Assembly (NCBI RefSeq): GCF_009914755.1
Contig: NC_060926.1
Source: the human T2T-CHM13v2.0 reference genome, Homo sapiens
DNA length: 64,000 nt
Strand: one strand, 5' to 3'
Shown: positions 1-15,373 of the stretch, one piece after another
Numbering within the stretch: position 1 is the first letter of the stretch
Layout: each line of letters starts with the position of its first letter
Translations under genes and position numbers: made by a program
The notes under the pieces: model-generated
The model's input: the letters and a program-made list of their open reading frames with translations, nothing else
Told to the model about the DNA's origin: nothing
The model's database searches: none

Positions 1-2492
<2,492 letters not shown>

Positions 2493-2811
2493 TAGCCTTC
2501 TTCAGGCTTTTTCTTTCTGTTATGATTTGCATGTTAATGTGGTCCCATTCACTTTCCAAAATGTCCTATTTTCTGAGATGCTTGGCCTATTCTTAGTATT
2601 ATTAAGGATGTATTTCATTTTGTGCCTTCTTACTAGAATCTCAAACATATTTTGGCATGTATGTGTCTCAGTCTCCCATCATGAACAGGAAGTTACCAAA
2701 TTTATTTTCCTGAACATTAGGAAAAGCTATGCATCTATTCATTACTGAATAAAAAACTAAATTGTACTAAGAAATTTAGGCAAAAATGATATAGAAAAGG
2801 GAGGAAAGAAG

Positions 2812-3075
2812 ACTAACATTTGTTGATGACATACTGAGAGCCAAGAACTGAATAAGATACTTTTTTTTTTTTTGCTTTCATGATCTAATTTAATCTACAC
2901 AATAACCCTAAGTGCTGTCATTATCCGGTTTTTAAATATATCAGGGAATTCAAATAAAGCCAGGGAACTCAAAAGGTTTAAATAAATTGTCCAAGTTGAG
3001 TCATAGGACTAATAAATTGTAGAACTGATCCTGGGCATGTCTAGCTCTAAATCATCTGCTAGTTGCTTCACAGCA
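2812..3075 (-). mobile_element. MIR
   Basis: Antisense MIR core 'taatctacacaataacccta...aaaggtttaaataaattgtccaag'. Confidence 0.6.
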
Positions 3076-4009
3076 TGCTGAATGACTTTGAGTGGTTTAG
3101 ACTCGATGCTGGAACATTGTTAGTTGTTTCTAAGTTATTGTTGTTGTTGTTGTTTTTAAACAGGAAAATAACACGTGAAAAACTAGATTTTATTTGCAAT
3201 CTTTAAACTCAGAGAAATTCTATATAAAGGGAAAATGTATTTTAAAATACATTTTCAGACTAGCATAAGCAGTAGAACATACTGCATGCATCCCTTTCAC
3301 TGAAATTCAACCAGTGACACGTTTTTCCTCCCCATAATTGGATTATGCATAGATAGTAACAAACATGTAAGTGTTAGTGTTCTTTAATGACAAATCAAGG
3401 CTAAAACAAGAGATGCTGTGATCTGGTGCCCACAGACCATGAGACCAAGACAGTAAAGTGGGTAAACATAGTTCAGTCTTCCCCCAGTATAGTCTCCATG
3501 CCAAAACAAGGTGACAAAGGCTAGCTCAAGTGTCGTGGTCTTCATTCAGTCAAGAAATGGTGTGTTTCTTTCTTCCCCAATGGATTAGGTATATATGACA
3601 CTCTCAGTGCATATGTGGATCTATCAGTCTATCTTCATCCTATATGATTCCTCCCATACGCAATGGGAGCTGAAAAACAGCAAACAGCAGTAGAAACAAA
3701 GAAGCAAACAAACCCTTTCTGTTAGATGGTTTATGAGGGAGAATCACATTGGGTTTTTCATAGAAAAAAATTTACTGACCACATTACTGGTCAACTTATT
3801 ATTAAAGACTTCTCACGAACAAAAAACAAACCTTTGCTATTTTGATATGGCTGAGTTTAAATCTACCATATTGCTGGGTTTTTTTCTGTTTATTCAATCC
3901 ATTCTTGCTTAATTTCCCCCATCTGTTTGAAGAATACATGTTTATTCTAGTTTATCTCCTTTATTGACTTATTAGTTATGAACCTCTGTTTTGTTTTTAG
4001 TGGTTGCTC

Positions 4010-4172
4010 TATTTTTTGTCCAATAAAACTTTATATGATTATGAAACTGTTCTGTTATCTGCATCACCCAACACTATTCTCTAGTTACACAAGACTATTG
4101 TGTCTTTGAAAAGTAGATTTAAATTTAATATCAAATAGATACATACAGCTATCAAATGCTATACCATGAAAC
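4010..4172. mobile_element. MER3 (hAT-Charlie MITE), diverged
   Basis: 'tgtccaataaaactttatatgattatgaaactgttctgttatctgca...' matches the MER3 pattern. Confidence 0.6.
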
Positions 4173-4238
4173 TTAAGGGATTACTATGTATAATCTTAAC
4201 TTATCCATGTTTACCTTCAAATAATATTACTTTACCTA

Positions 4239-4415
4239 GCCAGGTGTGGTTATGTGTGCCTGTAGTTCCAGCTACTTAGGGGGATTCTAATTTCAGCTGA
4301 GGCAGGAGGATTGCCTGAGTCCAAGAATTTGAGGCTGCAGTGAGCTATGATCACACCACTGCACTCCAGTCTTGATGGCAGAGTGAGACCCTGTCTCTAA
4401 TAAGAAAGAAAAGAA
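4239..4415 (+). mobile_element. FRAM/FAM Alu monomer with TSD attactttaccta
   Basis: Single right-arm monomer with A-rich tail; TSD at 4226-4238 and 4416-4428; ~15-bp internal insertion resembling a degenerate duplication of 'tgtagttccagct'. Confidence 0.85.
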
Positions 4416-4774
4416 ATTACTTTACCTAGAGTATAAGAATCTTATATCTACGCTGTAAGTTTAAGACTAGACTAGTCTAGTTCAATTGTCATTGTACATT
4501 TTACTTCTACCTATGTCATAAGCCCCCGTTATATATTGCTATCATTTTTGGTTTAAGCAATCATATTTTAAAGATACTTTTAAATAAAAAGAATTATCTG
4601 ATATGTTCCCTCATATTTACCCTTTTAAGTGTTCTTTATTCTTTTATAAATTTCTACCTACCTAAAGGACTTCTTTCTTTCTTTTTTTAGTAAAGATCTG
4701 CAGATAATGAATTGCCTCTGCTTTGTATGTCTTAAAAAGTGTTTATTTCACTTTCGCTTTTAAAAGTTGTTTCT

Positions 4775-5085
4775 GGCTGGGTGCGGTGGCTCACGCCTGT
4801 AATCCCAGCACTTTGGAAGGCCAAGGCAGGTGGATCACGAGGTCAGGACATGGAGATCATCCTGGGTAACACAGTGAAACCCAGTCTCTACTAAATATAC
4901 AAAAAAATTAGCTGGGCGTGGTGGTGGGCGCCTGTAGTCCCAGCTACTCAGGAGGCTGAGGCAGGAGAATGGTGTGAACCTGGGAGGCAGAGCTTGCAGT
5001 GAGCCGAGATTGTGCCACTGCACTCGAGCCTGCAAGACAGAGCGAGGCTCCATCTCAAAAAAAAATAAATAAATAAAATAAAATA
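4775..5085 (+). mobile_element. AluY with TSD aaaagttgtttct
   Basis: Full dimer with Y diagnostics 'ggagaatggtgtgaacc' and 'agcttgcagtg'; TSD 4762-4774 / 5086-5098. Confidence 0.95.
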
Positions 5086-6444
5086 AAAAGTTGTTTCTAC
5101 TGTGTATAGAATTCTAGTTTGACACTTTTCATTCAACATTTTAAAGATGTTGCTCTACTCTTTTCTGGTTTGCATTATTTCTGACAAAATGCCTGCTGTC
5201 ACTTACCTTTGTTCATTTGTACGAATGGTCTTTTTTTCCTGACTGCTTTTAAGATTTTCTCTTTATCACTGTGTTTCAGCAATTTGATTATGATGTGCCT
5301 TGGTGTATCTTTCTTCAGTTTCTTGTGTTTGAGATTGGTTGAGCTTCTTACATTTGTGGGGTTATAGTTTTCACTAAATTTTTAAAAATTGAATAGTTTT
5401 TCTTCAAATATCTTTCTGTCTCTACCCTATTATTGTTTCTCTCCTTCAGGGGTTCTAATTATAGATCTGTTAGGCTACTTGATATTGTATTGTCCCACAG
5501 CATGTTTACTTTAAAAAAAATCTTTTGTTCCCTGCATGTTTAATAAGTTTATCAATTTTTTTTAGGCAGGGTCTAAAATGTTGCTAATATGATCTAGGGT
5601 TTTTTGTTTTTGTTTTTGTTTTGTCTTAGCTGTTACATTTTTCATCCCTAGAAGTTTCATTTTGGTCTTTCTTTTATAAATTGTATTTCTCTCTTCAACA
5701 TATTTATGCTTTCCTTCATGTTAATGAGCATACAGAAGACATTTTAAATAGGTGATTCAATGTTTCTTTAAATGAATTCTGTCATCCATGCTGTTTTCTG
5801 CATCTGTGTCTATTGAATAATTTTTCTCCTCATTATGAGTCATATTTTCCTGCTTCTTTTATGCCTAGTAATTTTGTACTGGATACCAGACATTGTGGAT
5901 TTTGTATTGGGTGCTGAATATTTTTTAACTTTTTTAAATACTTGAGAGGTTTTTTCCTTTGTTTTTGTTGTTTTTTCTGGGATGCAGTTAAGTCTCTTGT
6001 TTTATCCTTTTGAGGCTTGTTTTTTAAAATGTGTTAGTTTGGGATAGAACACCCTTTATTCTAGGGCTAACTTATTCTACTTCTAAGGTAGGACCATTTT
6101 AAAGACTTCACTTGGTGCATATATGTTAAGATACATTTCCATTCTGGCTGGTGAAAACAGTAATTATTCCTGGCCCTGTGTGAGCTCTGAATATTATTTT
6201 TACTGTTTTTCTTCTGATGGTTCTTTGCTTAGTCTTGGTAGTTTGTTCACATGCATGGAGTGATCAGCACACAGCTAAAGGCTTGAGGAAACCCTCTGAA
6301 GACCTTTGGAATCCACCTTCTCTTTAGGATCTTTTATCCCTGGTATTCTGCTCCATAAATTTGAGTTGCTTTGGCCTCCTTGAACTCCAACTTTGTCTCC
6401 TCAACTCAAGAAAACTTCAAGCTCCAGTTTGATTATTCCTATCC

Positions 6445-7409
6445 AATGGTTAATTTTTTGTGTTAACTTGTCTGGGAAAAGGGATATCCAGATGGCTGTT
6501 AAACATTATGTATTAGTCCATGCTCATGCTGCTAACAAAGATACACCTGAGGCTGGGTAATTTATACAGGAAAGAGATTTAATTGACTCAGTTCAGCATG
6601 GCTGGGGAGGCCTCAGGAAACTTAACAATCAAGGCAGAAAGGGAAGCAAACATGTCCTTATTCACATGGCAATAGGAAGGAAAGAATGAGAGCCGAGTGA
6701 AGAGGGAAGCCCCTCATAAGACCATCAGATCTTGTGAGAACTTATTCACTATCACGAGAATAGTATGGGGGAACCACCCCATGATACAATTACCTCCCAC
6801 CACGTCCCTCCTACCTCACTTGGAAATAATGGGAACTGCAATTCAAGATGAGATTTATGTGGGAACAGAGAAAAACCCATCACATTATTTCAGGGTGTGT
6901 CTGAGAAGTTGTTTCCAGAAGATATTAGCATTTGAATTGGTCAACTGAGTAAAGATCACTCTTACTAACATGGATCGACATCTTTCAATCCATTGAGAGT
7001 CCAAAACAGCAAAAAGGTGGAGGAGGGCATATTCACTGTCTCTTCTTGAGCTGGGACATCAATCTTTTCCTGACCTTAGATATCAGAGATCCTGGTTCTT
7101 AGATCTTTAGCCTCCTATACCAACTCTTTAGACTTTATACCAACTCTTTGGATTATGACATCAAGAGCCCCCTGATTACTAGGCCTCCAGATTTGGATTG
7201 TTTCCCAGCTTGCTGATGGCAGATGATGGAACTTCTCTGCCTTCATAATCACATGAGCCAATTTCCATAATAAATTAAACCAATCATCTTCTCTCCCCAT
7301 CCCCATCTGCCTGTTCCCCTTCTCAGCCTTTTCTCTCGTATATATAGATAGATACAGATGTAAATATCTTTTACCAGTTCTGTTCCTTTGGAGAACCCTG
7401 GCTAATATA
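6445..7409 (+). mobile_element. MLT2 (ERV-L) solo LTR, interrupted by THE1
   Basis: Start 'atggttaattttttgtgttaacttg'; resumes 'tttcagggtgtgtctgag...attagcatttgaat'; ends 'ggagaaccctggctaatata'. Confidence 0.85.
6509..6882 (-). mobile_element. THE1C/D MaLR solo LTR with 5-bp TSD catta
   Basis: 'tgtattagtcc...aacccatca'; TSD catta at 6504-6508 / 6883-6887. Confidence 0.9.
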
Positions 7410-7620
7410 CCTTTACTACAATCTTGCCTAAAAACCTCTCCAGTCAATACCTCTCCAGTCAATGGGCTGTGGTTGTCATTGGTCTCATCTTGCTTGTTTT
7501 CTTTCTCTCAGTTGTCACTATTCCTTACTCTCTGCTGCACAATGTCTGAAAACCATTGCTTCACAAATTTTGTCTTGTTTCTTAGTTTAAGAAGGGGGAT
7601 AAATTCAGTTCCTGTTACTC

Positions 7621-7789
7621 TTTTTTTTTTTTTTAATTATACTTTAAGTTCTAGGATACATGTGCACAATGCGCAGGTTTGTTACATAGGTATACATGTG
7701 CCATGTTGGTTTGCTGCACCCATTAACTCGTCATTTACATTAGGTATTTCTCCTAATGCTATCCCTCCCCCTGACCCCTACCCCACGAC
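7621..7789 (-). mobile_element. L1PA 3' end (short, truncated)
   Basis: 'ttttaattatactttaagttctaggatacatgtgcacaat...gctatccctcccc' is the canonical antisense L1PA 3'UTR. Confidence 0.95.
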
Positions 7790-7904
7790 TGAATGAAAAT
7801 AGTCATTTTCATGACTATTTTCACGACTGTGATTTTTACTTACTTCCTGCCTGCTTGCATTTGGTAAAAAACAAATAAAAAACAATCCTAGCTGTTAGAA
7901 TATG

Positions 7905-8516
7905 TGTGTGGTCGGAATTCTTACACAAGAGCCGGGACCGCGCCCTGTAGCCTTTCTGTCCAAACAACTTGACCTTACTGTTTTAGCCTAGCCCTCATGT
8001 CTGCATGCAGCAGCTGCCGCTGCTTTAGTACTTTTAGAGGCCCTCAAAAATCACAAACTATGCTCAACTCACTCTCTACAGTTCTCATCACTTCCAAAAT
8101 CTACTTTCTTCCTCCCACCTGACGCATATACTTTCTGCCCCCTGGCTCCTTCAGCTGTACTCACTCTTTTCTGAGTTTCCCACAAGTACCATGTTCCTGG
8201 CCTGGACTTCAATCTGGCCTCCCACATCTGAACCCCATGACTGTATCTCTCTGATCCACCTGACATTCACTCCATTTCCCCATATTTCCTTCTTTCCTGT
8301 TTCTCATCCTGAACACACTTGGTTTATTGATGGCAGTTCTACCAGGCCTGATTAGGCCTCACCAGCAAAGGCAGGCTATGCTATAGTATCTTCCACACCT
8401 ATCATTGAGGCTACCACTCTGTCCCCCTCCACTACCTCTCAACAAGCCAAACTCATTGCCTTAACTCGAGCCCTCGCTCTTGCGAAAGGACTACACGTCA
8501 ATATTCATACTGACTC
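7905..8516 (+). mobile_element. HERV-H internal pol fragment (RT connection/RNase H), disrupted
   Basis: From 8320 translates WFIDGSSTRPD*ASPAKAGYAIVSSTPIIEATTLSPSTTSQQAKLIALTRALALAKGLHVNIHTDS (retroviral RNase H motifs, one stop); nucleotide sequence matches recalled HERV-H pol. Confidence 0.9.
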
Positions 8517-8616
8517 CTTTTTCGGACTCAGCCCATCTGCACCCAGGTGAAATAAACAGCCTTGTTGCTCACGCAAAAGCCTATTTGGTGGTCTCTTCAC
8601 ACGGATGCGTGAGACA
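8510..8616 (+). mobile_element. LTR7 (HERV-H LTR) 3' part with poly(A) signal, ending in CA
   Basis: 'ctgactcctttttcggactcagcccatctgcacccaggtgaaataaacagccttgttgctcac...ggtctcttcacacggatgcgtgagaca'. Confidence 0.92.
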
Positions 8617-9329
8617 ATATGGATATAGGCAGCTTTTCTTTTTACTCATTTCTAGTTTAGGTCACAATAAATGATTCCAATAATCATAAATTTAAAAATG
8701 AAATTTATTTTAAAGCTACCATACATCTTGGGGGAGAAAAAGGGTAAACATTGGAGGATATATGGCTTATGTGTATTATCTACATTGTTTTGATGTTACA
8801 TCCAGAACTTTTACACCTTATTGCCATAGGCTTATTTTACATAAGATGAAAGACATTTTATCAGGAAGATTTCTTCTAAAGTATTCACTCACATTTGAGA
8901 TGTATTTGAACACAAAAGACAGTAAAGCAGTGAAAGAAGGGCAGTGGTCCACATACAAGATTAAGCTGGTGTTTTTTATAAGCAGGCTGGCTAGAAAATG
9001 AGGCCCTCTGTGCAGCAAAAATTGCTCCAGGGTAATTTAAGTACCAAATAAAATCAATAAAAATATCAGGGCTATTTATAATGTGTCGCTAAGAAAGACA
9101 ACAAATAAAAACTCATTTCAGAGTACTTGCCAGCCATTCAGACTTGGAAGACACATCTCCAGTGAGTCAGAATGGCAAAGAAAGGCTGTAGTTGTCACCG
9201 GCATTCAGCAAATCATTGGCTTTTGCAGCCTTTAAAATCTAAGAAAAGCTTTGTGTTCATTTTTAAAGCCCCAAGCATTTCAATGGACCGTCTTTTTCTT
9301 CATATATGCTATGAAACATAAGTTCTATG

Positions 9330-9790
9330 TTACTACACATTTATCGACCACTTCAAGCTTAGTGGTGTGTGCTATTTGGATGTATAATGATGAGTAACAG
9401 CAGTTTTATCCCTGAATAATTTTATAGTAAAAAGGGGTTAAGAATTTATGTCCAAATATTCACAATCCAAGTCATGATATGCTAAGTGCCATTAGGATAG
9501 TCTGAAGAAGGGTGTCCAGGGGCAGAGATCTCACCTGAATTGTCTCTAATGGATGCTTTCTTGGAGGAGGTAGTTTTAGAGTAGATGACAGAAGGTGGGC
9601 AGGATTTTCACAGGAAGAGGTAGGCGTGGATGGTAACTTATTAAGAGCAGAGGCAACAAATCACGAGGTAGTGATTTAAAAGAATAAAAGTTAAGGGGAG
9701 AGGGACTAATGGAAGAAGACACTGGAGAGAAAACTTGGGCACAGGATTATAAAGAGCTTTACGTGGCAGGCTGAAAGGTTGTTGTGCAAG
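9330..9790 (-). mobile_element. L2 fragment
   Basis: Degenerate antisense L2 3' pattern ('cttcttggaggaggtag...gaaggtgggcaggatttt'-like stretch); boundaries approximate. Confidence 0.5.
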
Positions 9791-10429
9791 ATAGGTAGGT
9801 CCCTTCTGAGTTCCCATTACAGTGCATTACAGCACTAGGATTTGATACTAAATTTACAACTTTACATAGTACAGATTAAAAAAAAAAAAACAGGCTCTTT
9901 GGAGAAACTTAAATAGGCCAAAGATACAAAGATATACAAGGAAAAAGACGTCATGTGAGTCCTCATGCTCCTTTCACCCCGCAGAGAGATGTATGGGGGC
10001 CAAGGCAATGCTGAGCCTGCAGCATATCCAACTGGTAACACTTTACCTTGTTACTCTCACTTTTTCCAGAAAAACTATGATAAATTAGCCTATCAGTGGG
10101 CAAATTCACAGATTACTTAGTCACATGGTGTCTGAATTCATAGGAAGTGTCTGGAGAAGCCAGATAGCTGGAACTTAAAGAACTTGGGTCCCCTGGATGT
10201 TACTGTATGACCCCTAGGAGGCCACATGGGTAGCTGAATTTGGACCCAGCAACTCTCACTCGGACATAGTGGTTGTAAGTTCTAGCTAACTTTCAGGGTC
10301 ACTTTTTGGACAATTATGCTGATTATACCATCAAAGGATTGGAATTAACAAGGTTAATGGAAGTTGCAAATTCCAAAAAATTTCTAAAGCCAAACAGAAT
10401 TTTAAAGAAAAAAGGAGGGCAGGGCTTAA

Positions 10430-11062
<633 letters not shown>

Positions 11063-11559
11063 TGAAGTGGAAACTATTATTATTATCCCCGTTTTACTGG
11101 GAGAACAACTATGACTTAGCGATATTAAAAATAGCTAATTATACCATTCGCTAGTAAGTGGCAAAATCCAAATGAAGATAGTCTTCTGATGCAAAGCTGA
11201 TCAACCACTGAGTCAGTGAGCAAATTCCAACCAAAAGGTCTTTCTGAGAGCAGCCACAGAGGCTTTGGTTTATCCACCTAGTCATGGGAGAAGGAGCCAC
11301 AGGAAGAAAACAAAATTGTTCAAAGGGAACACAGACATATAAAAAAAAAAGGCAGCCCTGAAGAAAATGTTGAGACAGACCAATTTGAGTGAGTAGTGGG
11401 AAAGGGGAAGGAGTAAGAATATGGAGAATGGGAGAAATTAGGGAAGACAGGATGTGTGTTATGAAAAACAAGAAACAAAGTTCTGAGAAAAATGCATAAT
11501 CCACAATGTAAATTGTTGCCAAAGGGGATAACAACTAGAAGGTTATGGGGAACTTTGGG

Positions 11560-12150
11560 ATAATAATGACAAACAAGTAAAACATGCTTATTATGTGTTA
11601 GGAACTGTTTTAAGTACTTTACATGAATTAATCATATAATCATCACAGCAAGTTTATTACCCCATTTCACAGAGAGAAGCTGATGCACAGAGAAGCAATG
11701 CCCAGCTAAAATAATTAAATGGCAGAAAATTTGCCTGAGATGGCTCTGACACCCTGGGTTCTAGAGTAAGCAAGCCAAAACCTGGTACAGAACTTAAAAG
11801 AAAACAAAACTTAATCTCAGCCAATCACAGGCAGGCTAGTGGGCATTAGGTAATATTGTCTTGAACTTCCTGTTAAGATATTCTAAATAAGGCATTTGCT
11901 CACACTTTAGCCAATCAGATAATTTATTTTATTTGCTCTTACATTCACCCTATAAAACTTCCCCTCATGTCCCTTTTTAGTGCTATGAACCATTTCTAGT
12001 TTTAAGCTGTCTGATTCATGAATTACTATCTGCTCAAATAAACTCTTTATCTTTTAACAGCCAAAAGTCACTCAGATCGTAAGTAGCAGAGCTGTGATAC
12101 AACCCAGTGAGTCCAATCCAAGTATATATATCCTTCATTGTGCCACAGTT
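11560..12150 (-). mobile_element. MIR split by an LTR insertion
   Basis: 'ccccatttcacagagagaagctgatgcacagagaagcaatgccc' [LTR] 'gccaaaagtcactcagatcgtaagtagcagagctg'. Confidence 0.7.
11704..12059 (+). mobile_element. ERV1 solo LTR (MER93/MER57/LTR54-like)
   Basis: 'taaaataattaaatggc...gatggctctgacaccctgggttc...gtaagcaagccaaaacc'; CCAAT boxes, TATA-like 'ctataaaa', 'ctcaaataaactc...cttttaaca'; imperfect TSD gccc/gcca. Confidence 0.75.
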
Positions 12151-13276
12151 TCAGGAGAATGGCACCTGCACTGACCAGATGATAGCATGTTGACAAATGA
12201 CTAAATGTTATTATTTTCCCTCTTGCTATCCAGTGGTTAATGGGATAACCTGGCTTAGGGATCTTCCTTTGTTGCCGACTCATTTTTTAAAAAGCCAAGG
12301 AGCTGGAGTCCAGCAAGGGTCAGCGTAGTTGTGCTGCAATGACCACACTTTAGTTTCTGTGGCTCTGGGGACTGACTGCTGGACTCTTTTGACAAGTGAA
12401 CCAAAGCCTTAAAGGTCAGGACCAGTGTTTCTCTGGGAGTTGCTTAACTCCCTCTCCCCTTTTTTCCTGATGTATTTTCCTTCAAAATAGCAGAGAAGCC
12501 AAGTAGACCCACATATTTGGTAAGAAGGAGAAGAGAGGATGCTGGTGAAGAACAGGAGTCTGAGTCGGTGCTAAACAAGAGGAGATCCCAGTGTCAATTA
12601 CAAGGGCCTTTTTCATTATGAGTCAGGCCTTTGCTACTTGATTTGAGGCACAGTACATAGAGGTTTAGGGTTAACCCTACCTAACCACAGAGAGGCAGCT
12701 GCTGGAACCAATGAAAAAGAATGATTGCAAACAACACTCACCAATCATTTGTCTCCACAAGAAGACCCTCTTAGTCATTCCTTACTGTTCCTATTCATTA
12801 ATTCCTTTGAGAAGGGCTATTGCTTGTGAGCTTTGGTTGAAAAGCTCAGCATTTTTCCTGAGAGGAATTCTACGTTACCCCATTAGCTGGAGCAAAGTGG
12901 AAGTGAGGTCATCCTGGAGGCCCCAAAAGGGGTCTGGTTCTGGGGAGGAACTGAGCTTGATTTGAATAACTGCTTTTGCCAGCTCAGCCCCAAAGCCTCA
13001 AATTTCTCATCTCTTATGTTGCTGAATTTATGGCTTCTACAGCCTCCCCGACTTGCTCTCTCCTTAAGAGCCCACATTTTTCTGCCTTCACCATTTTATT
13101 GAAGAGCTGTTTGCCAAGATTCCCAATGATGGAGTCCAGGTACCAAGAGGAGGATGGGAGACCAGGCAGGGGAGCCTCAGTTACTGCCCTCCCCTTGTGG
13201 GGAGTGGGTTGTGTGTGGAGAGACACTGGTCCTTCAAATAAGAGTTGGAAGAACTGAAAGCAATGCTGTATATATC

Positions 13277-13446
13277 AGTGGTTCCCAAACTTCGCTGCAT
13301 ATTGAGATCAACTGGGGACCTTTGAAAAATATGGCTGCCTCATTTCCACTCCCAGACACTCTGATTAAACTAGGATGAGATGGGCATGGGAAGTTTGGAA
13401 AGCTGCCCAGGTGATTCTAATATGCAGCAAAGTTTGGGAACCACCG
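13277..13446. mobile_element. MER5A-type hAT MITE
   Basis: Terminal inverted repeats 'cagtggttcccaaactt' / 'aagtttgggaaccaccg'; internal 'cccaggtgattctaatatgcagc'. Confidence 0.85.
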
Positions 13447-14139
13447 GTCTACTACACTTGCCTCCCCTGTCCTAGATTCTTGAAGATTATCTTTGAATGT
13501 GCGGTCTTGAGTTGGCTTAAGGAAGTCTGGATCCAACAAACATATTTATTCAAGTTGGCCTGGTGGGCTTTTTCCGTTTGGATGTGGCATGGTGTCATAC
13601 TTGCTGGAATGGCCTTCCTGACCCCTTAATCTCTTCGCAAAAGTGATCAACTGTTAGGCTTAGTCAGCTGGGAATGACGCTTAAAGGAGATGCAGCAGGT
13701 GTCAGAGTTCAAATCTGTAAGTTCTAAAGGCTAACAGAAGTCCCTGGAGGCAGGTGGTGAAGAATACCAGAAGAATTGAGGAGGCAGATGGTATCTGTTA
13801 ATCCAGCAAGTTTTGGTGAATGATAAATAGCAGCATTGATAGAGATATAGCTTGATTCTAGAACAAAGGATGTTTGGGTGGAGGGTAATCACAACCATTT
13901 GAACTGGACTGGAAGCAGGAGGAGGGAATCTGGTAGCCATGGGAGATGCATTGACACCAATTTTCCGGTCTTCACTGTACTCATTTTGTGTGAATGTGAG
14001 TGATCTGTGTCCAGAGATAACAAAACTCTAATGAATATTATTATACAACAACACTGGAAATATGTATTTGGGTGGTGTCATCTACTGGTTGATACATAAG
14101 GACCTAGCACAGCTGGGAAGACTTTGCAAAAGAAGCTTG

Positions 14140-14380
14140 TTATAGTGTTGTGTAACGGAATGAGCTCCCCAGTGAGACAGATCTGGGAGAACATGGCCTG
14201 AATACTTGCTAGTTGTGTGATGTTGGCCAAGTTACATAAGCTTTCTGAGCCTTAGTTTCCTTATCTGTAAAGTGAGAATATGGTTCGCTCTCATAAATTT
14301 GTTGCTGGATTAAGTAAGATAATGGCATAAACATCTTGTACATTTCTTGGCATATAACATGAGTTCAACAAATGCAAGTT
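14140..14380 (+). mobile_element. MIR
   Basis: 'agttgtgtgatgttggccaagttacataagctttctgagccttagtttccttatctgtaaagtgagaata'. Confidence 0.8.
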
Positions 14381-14387
14381 GCCTGGC

Positions 14388-14923
14388 CTTCAAAGGAAGC
14401 CAAAATATTCCTCTCCAGAATACTGAGGATTATTGAGCTGAAGAATACAGGAGGCATCCTGCCCCTCCCTCTGCCTGCATGATGGCAGGACAGCAATTTA
14501 CAAAGACAAAAGTTGACCTTCCCTCCTCCGCCTTTCCCACCTAAAGATAGGCTGCTTTCCAATGCTTGCTTATCAGCTCAGAGACAGTAGCACCAGAGCA
14601 TGTAGGAGCAGACTTTACTCTTGCCATAAATTTACATTCCCATGTTTTCCCGCCTTTAGGAAGCCTGAAGATATTATCTTCTTTATCTTGTTACTATATA
14701 GGATTTATGGCTCTTTGACAAAATGCTATTTAATTAAATCCCCTAAGCCACTGCCTTGAGAGAGAAATATTTTGAACTGAGGCCTCTTCTGCGTGATGGG
14801 TACAGTACACGTTAATAAACTTCTCCTAGTTTTTCTCTTGTTAATCTGACTTTTGTTTTCAGGAAAATGTCTCAACTAAGAGCCTATGAGGGCAAGATAA
14901 GAAATTATATTCTCTCCTTTACA
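14388..14923 (+). mobile_element. MER34/MER39-family ERV1 solo LTR
   Basis: 'ccaaaatattcctctccagaatactgaggattattgagctgaag'...'ttaataaac...ttgttaatctgacttttg...ctcctttaca'. Confidence 0.7.
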
Positions 14924-15290
14924 ATTTTCTCTGTCATCTTGTTCTTTTATCTCTAGAATAGAAACATATTAAAACATTTTTATAATATGCAGCAGGTTTA
15001 ATATCACTTAAATTTAAAAATATTATAGGTGATTAAATATAATAATATATAAGTGTTTTGAAAATTATAAAGTACTAAGCAACTCTAAGGTATCATTATT
15101 TTAATTACATAATTACACACGAGCAGCTCCTATCTCATTGTCCTGCCTATTACTGCCTGCTGCTGACTCTCAAATCTGCATTTCTAGGAGAAATCCCTGA
15201 AGGCTCCTTCTCCTCAGGGGCACTCACAAATCTCCACTTCGCATTTCCATAAACAGACTCATTACCTTCCCTCCTTTGTGTTTTCTTCTA

Positions 15291-15373
15291 TTAGTTGGTG
15301 CAAAAGTAATTGTGGTTTTCTCCATTGCTTTTAATGACAATTAAATGGTGCAATTACTTTTCCACCAACCTAA
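15291..15373. mobile_element. MADE1 (Hsmar1 MITE), TA-flanked
   Basis: 'ttagttggtgcaaaagtaattg...caattacttttccaccaacctaa'. Confidence 0.9.

Larger units (their letters stand above)
3820..7620 (-). mobile_element. Old L1M (L1MC/MD-type) 5' region/ORF1, antisense, interrupted by MER3, FRAM, AluY, MLT2 and THE1
   Basis: Antisense L1M phrases 'ctgactgcttttaagattttctctttatcactgtgtttcagcaatttgattatgatgtgccttggtg' and 5'-end 'tgtctgaaaaccattgcttcacaaattttgtc...gttcctgttactc'. Confidence 0.75.

Noticed and set aside
7436-7462. Short tandem duplications here, at 38197-38220 and at 62801-62831
   Set aside because: Ordinary 12-15-bp slippage duplications with no further structure.
10090-10340. Possible Gypsy RT relic ('YL-HMVS' and 'LANFQGHFLDNYAD')
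   Set aside because: It needs a frameshift and the motif spacing (~170 nt) is longer than expected (~105 nt); cannot be distinguished from chance without a profile search.
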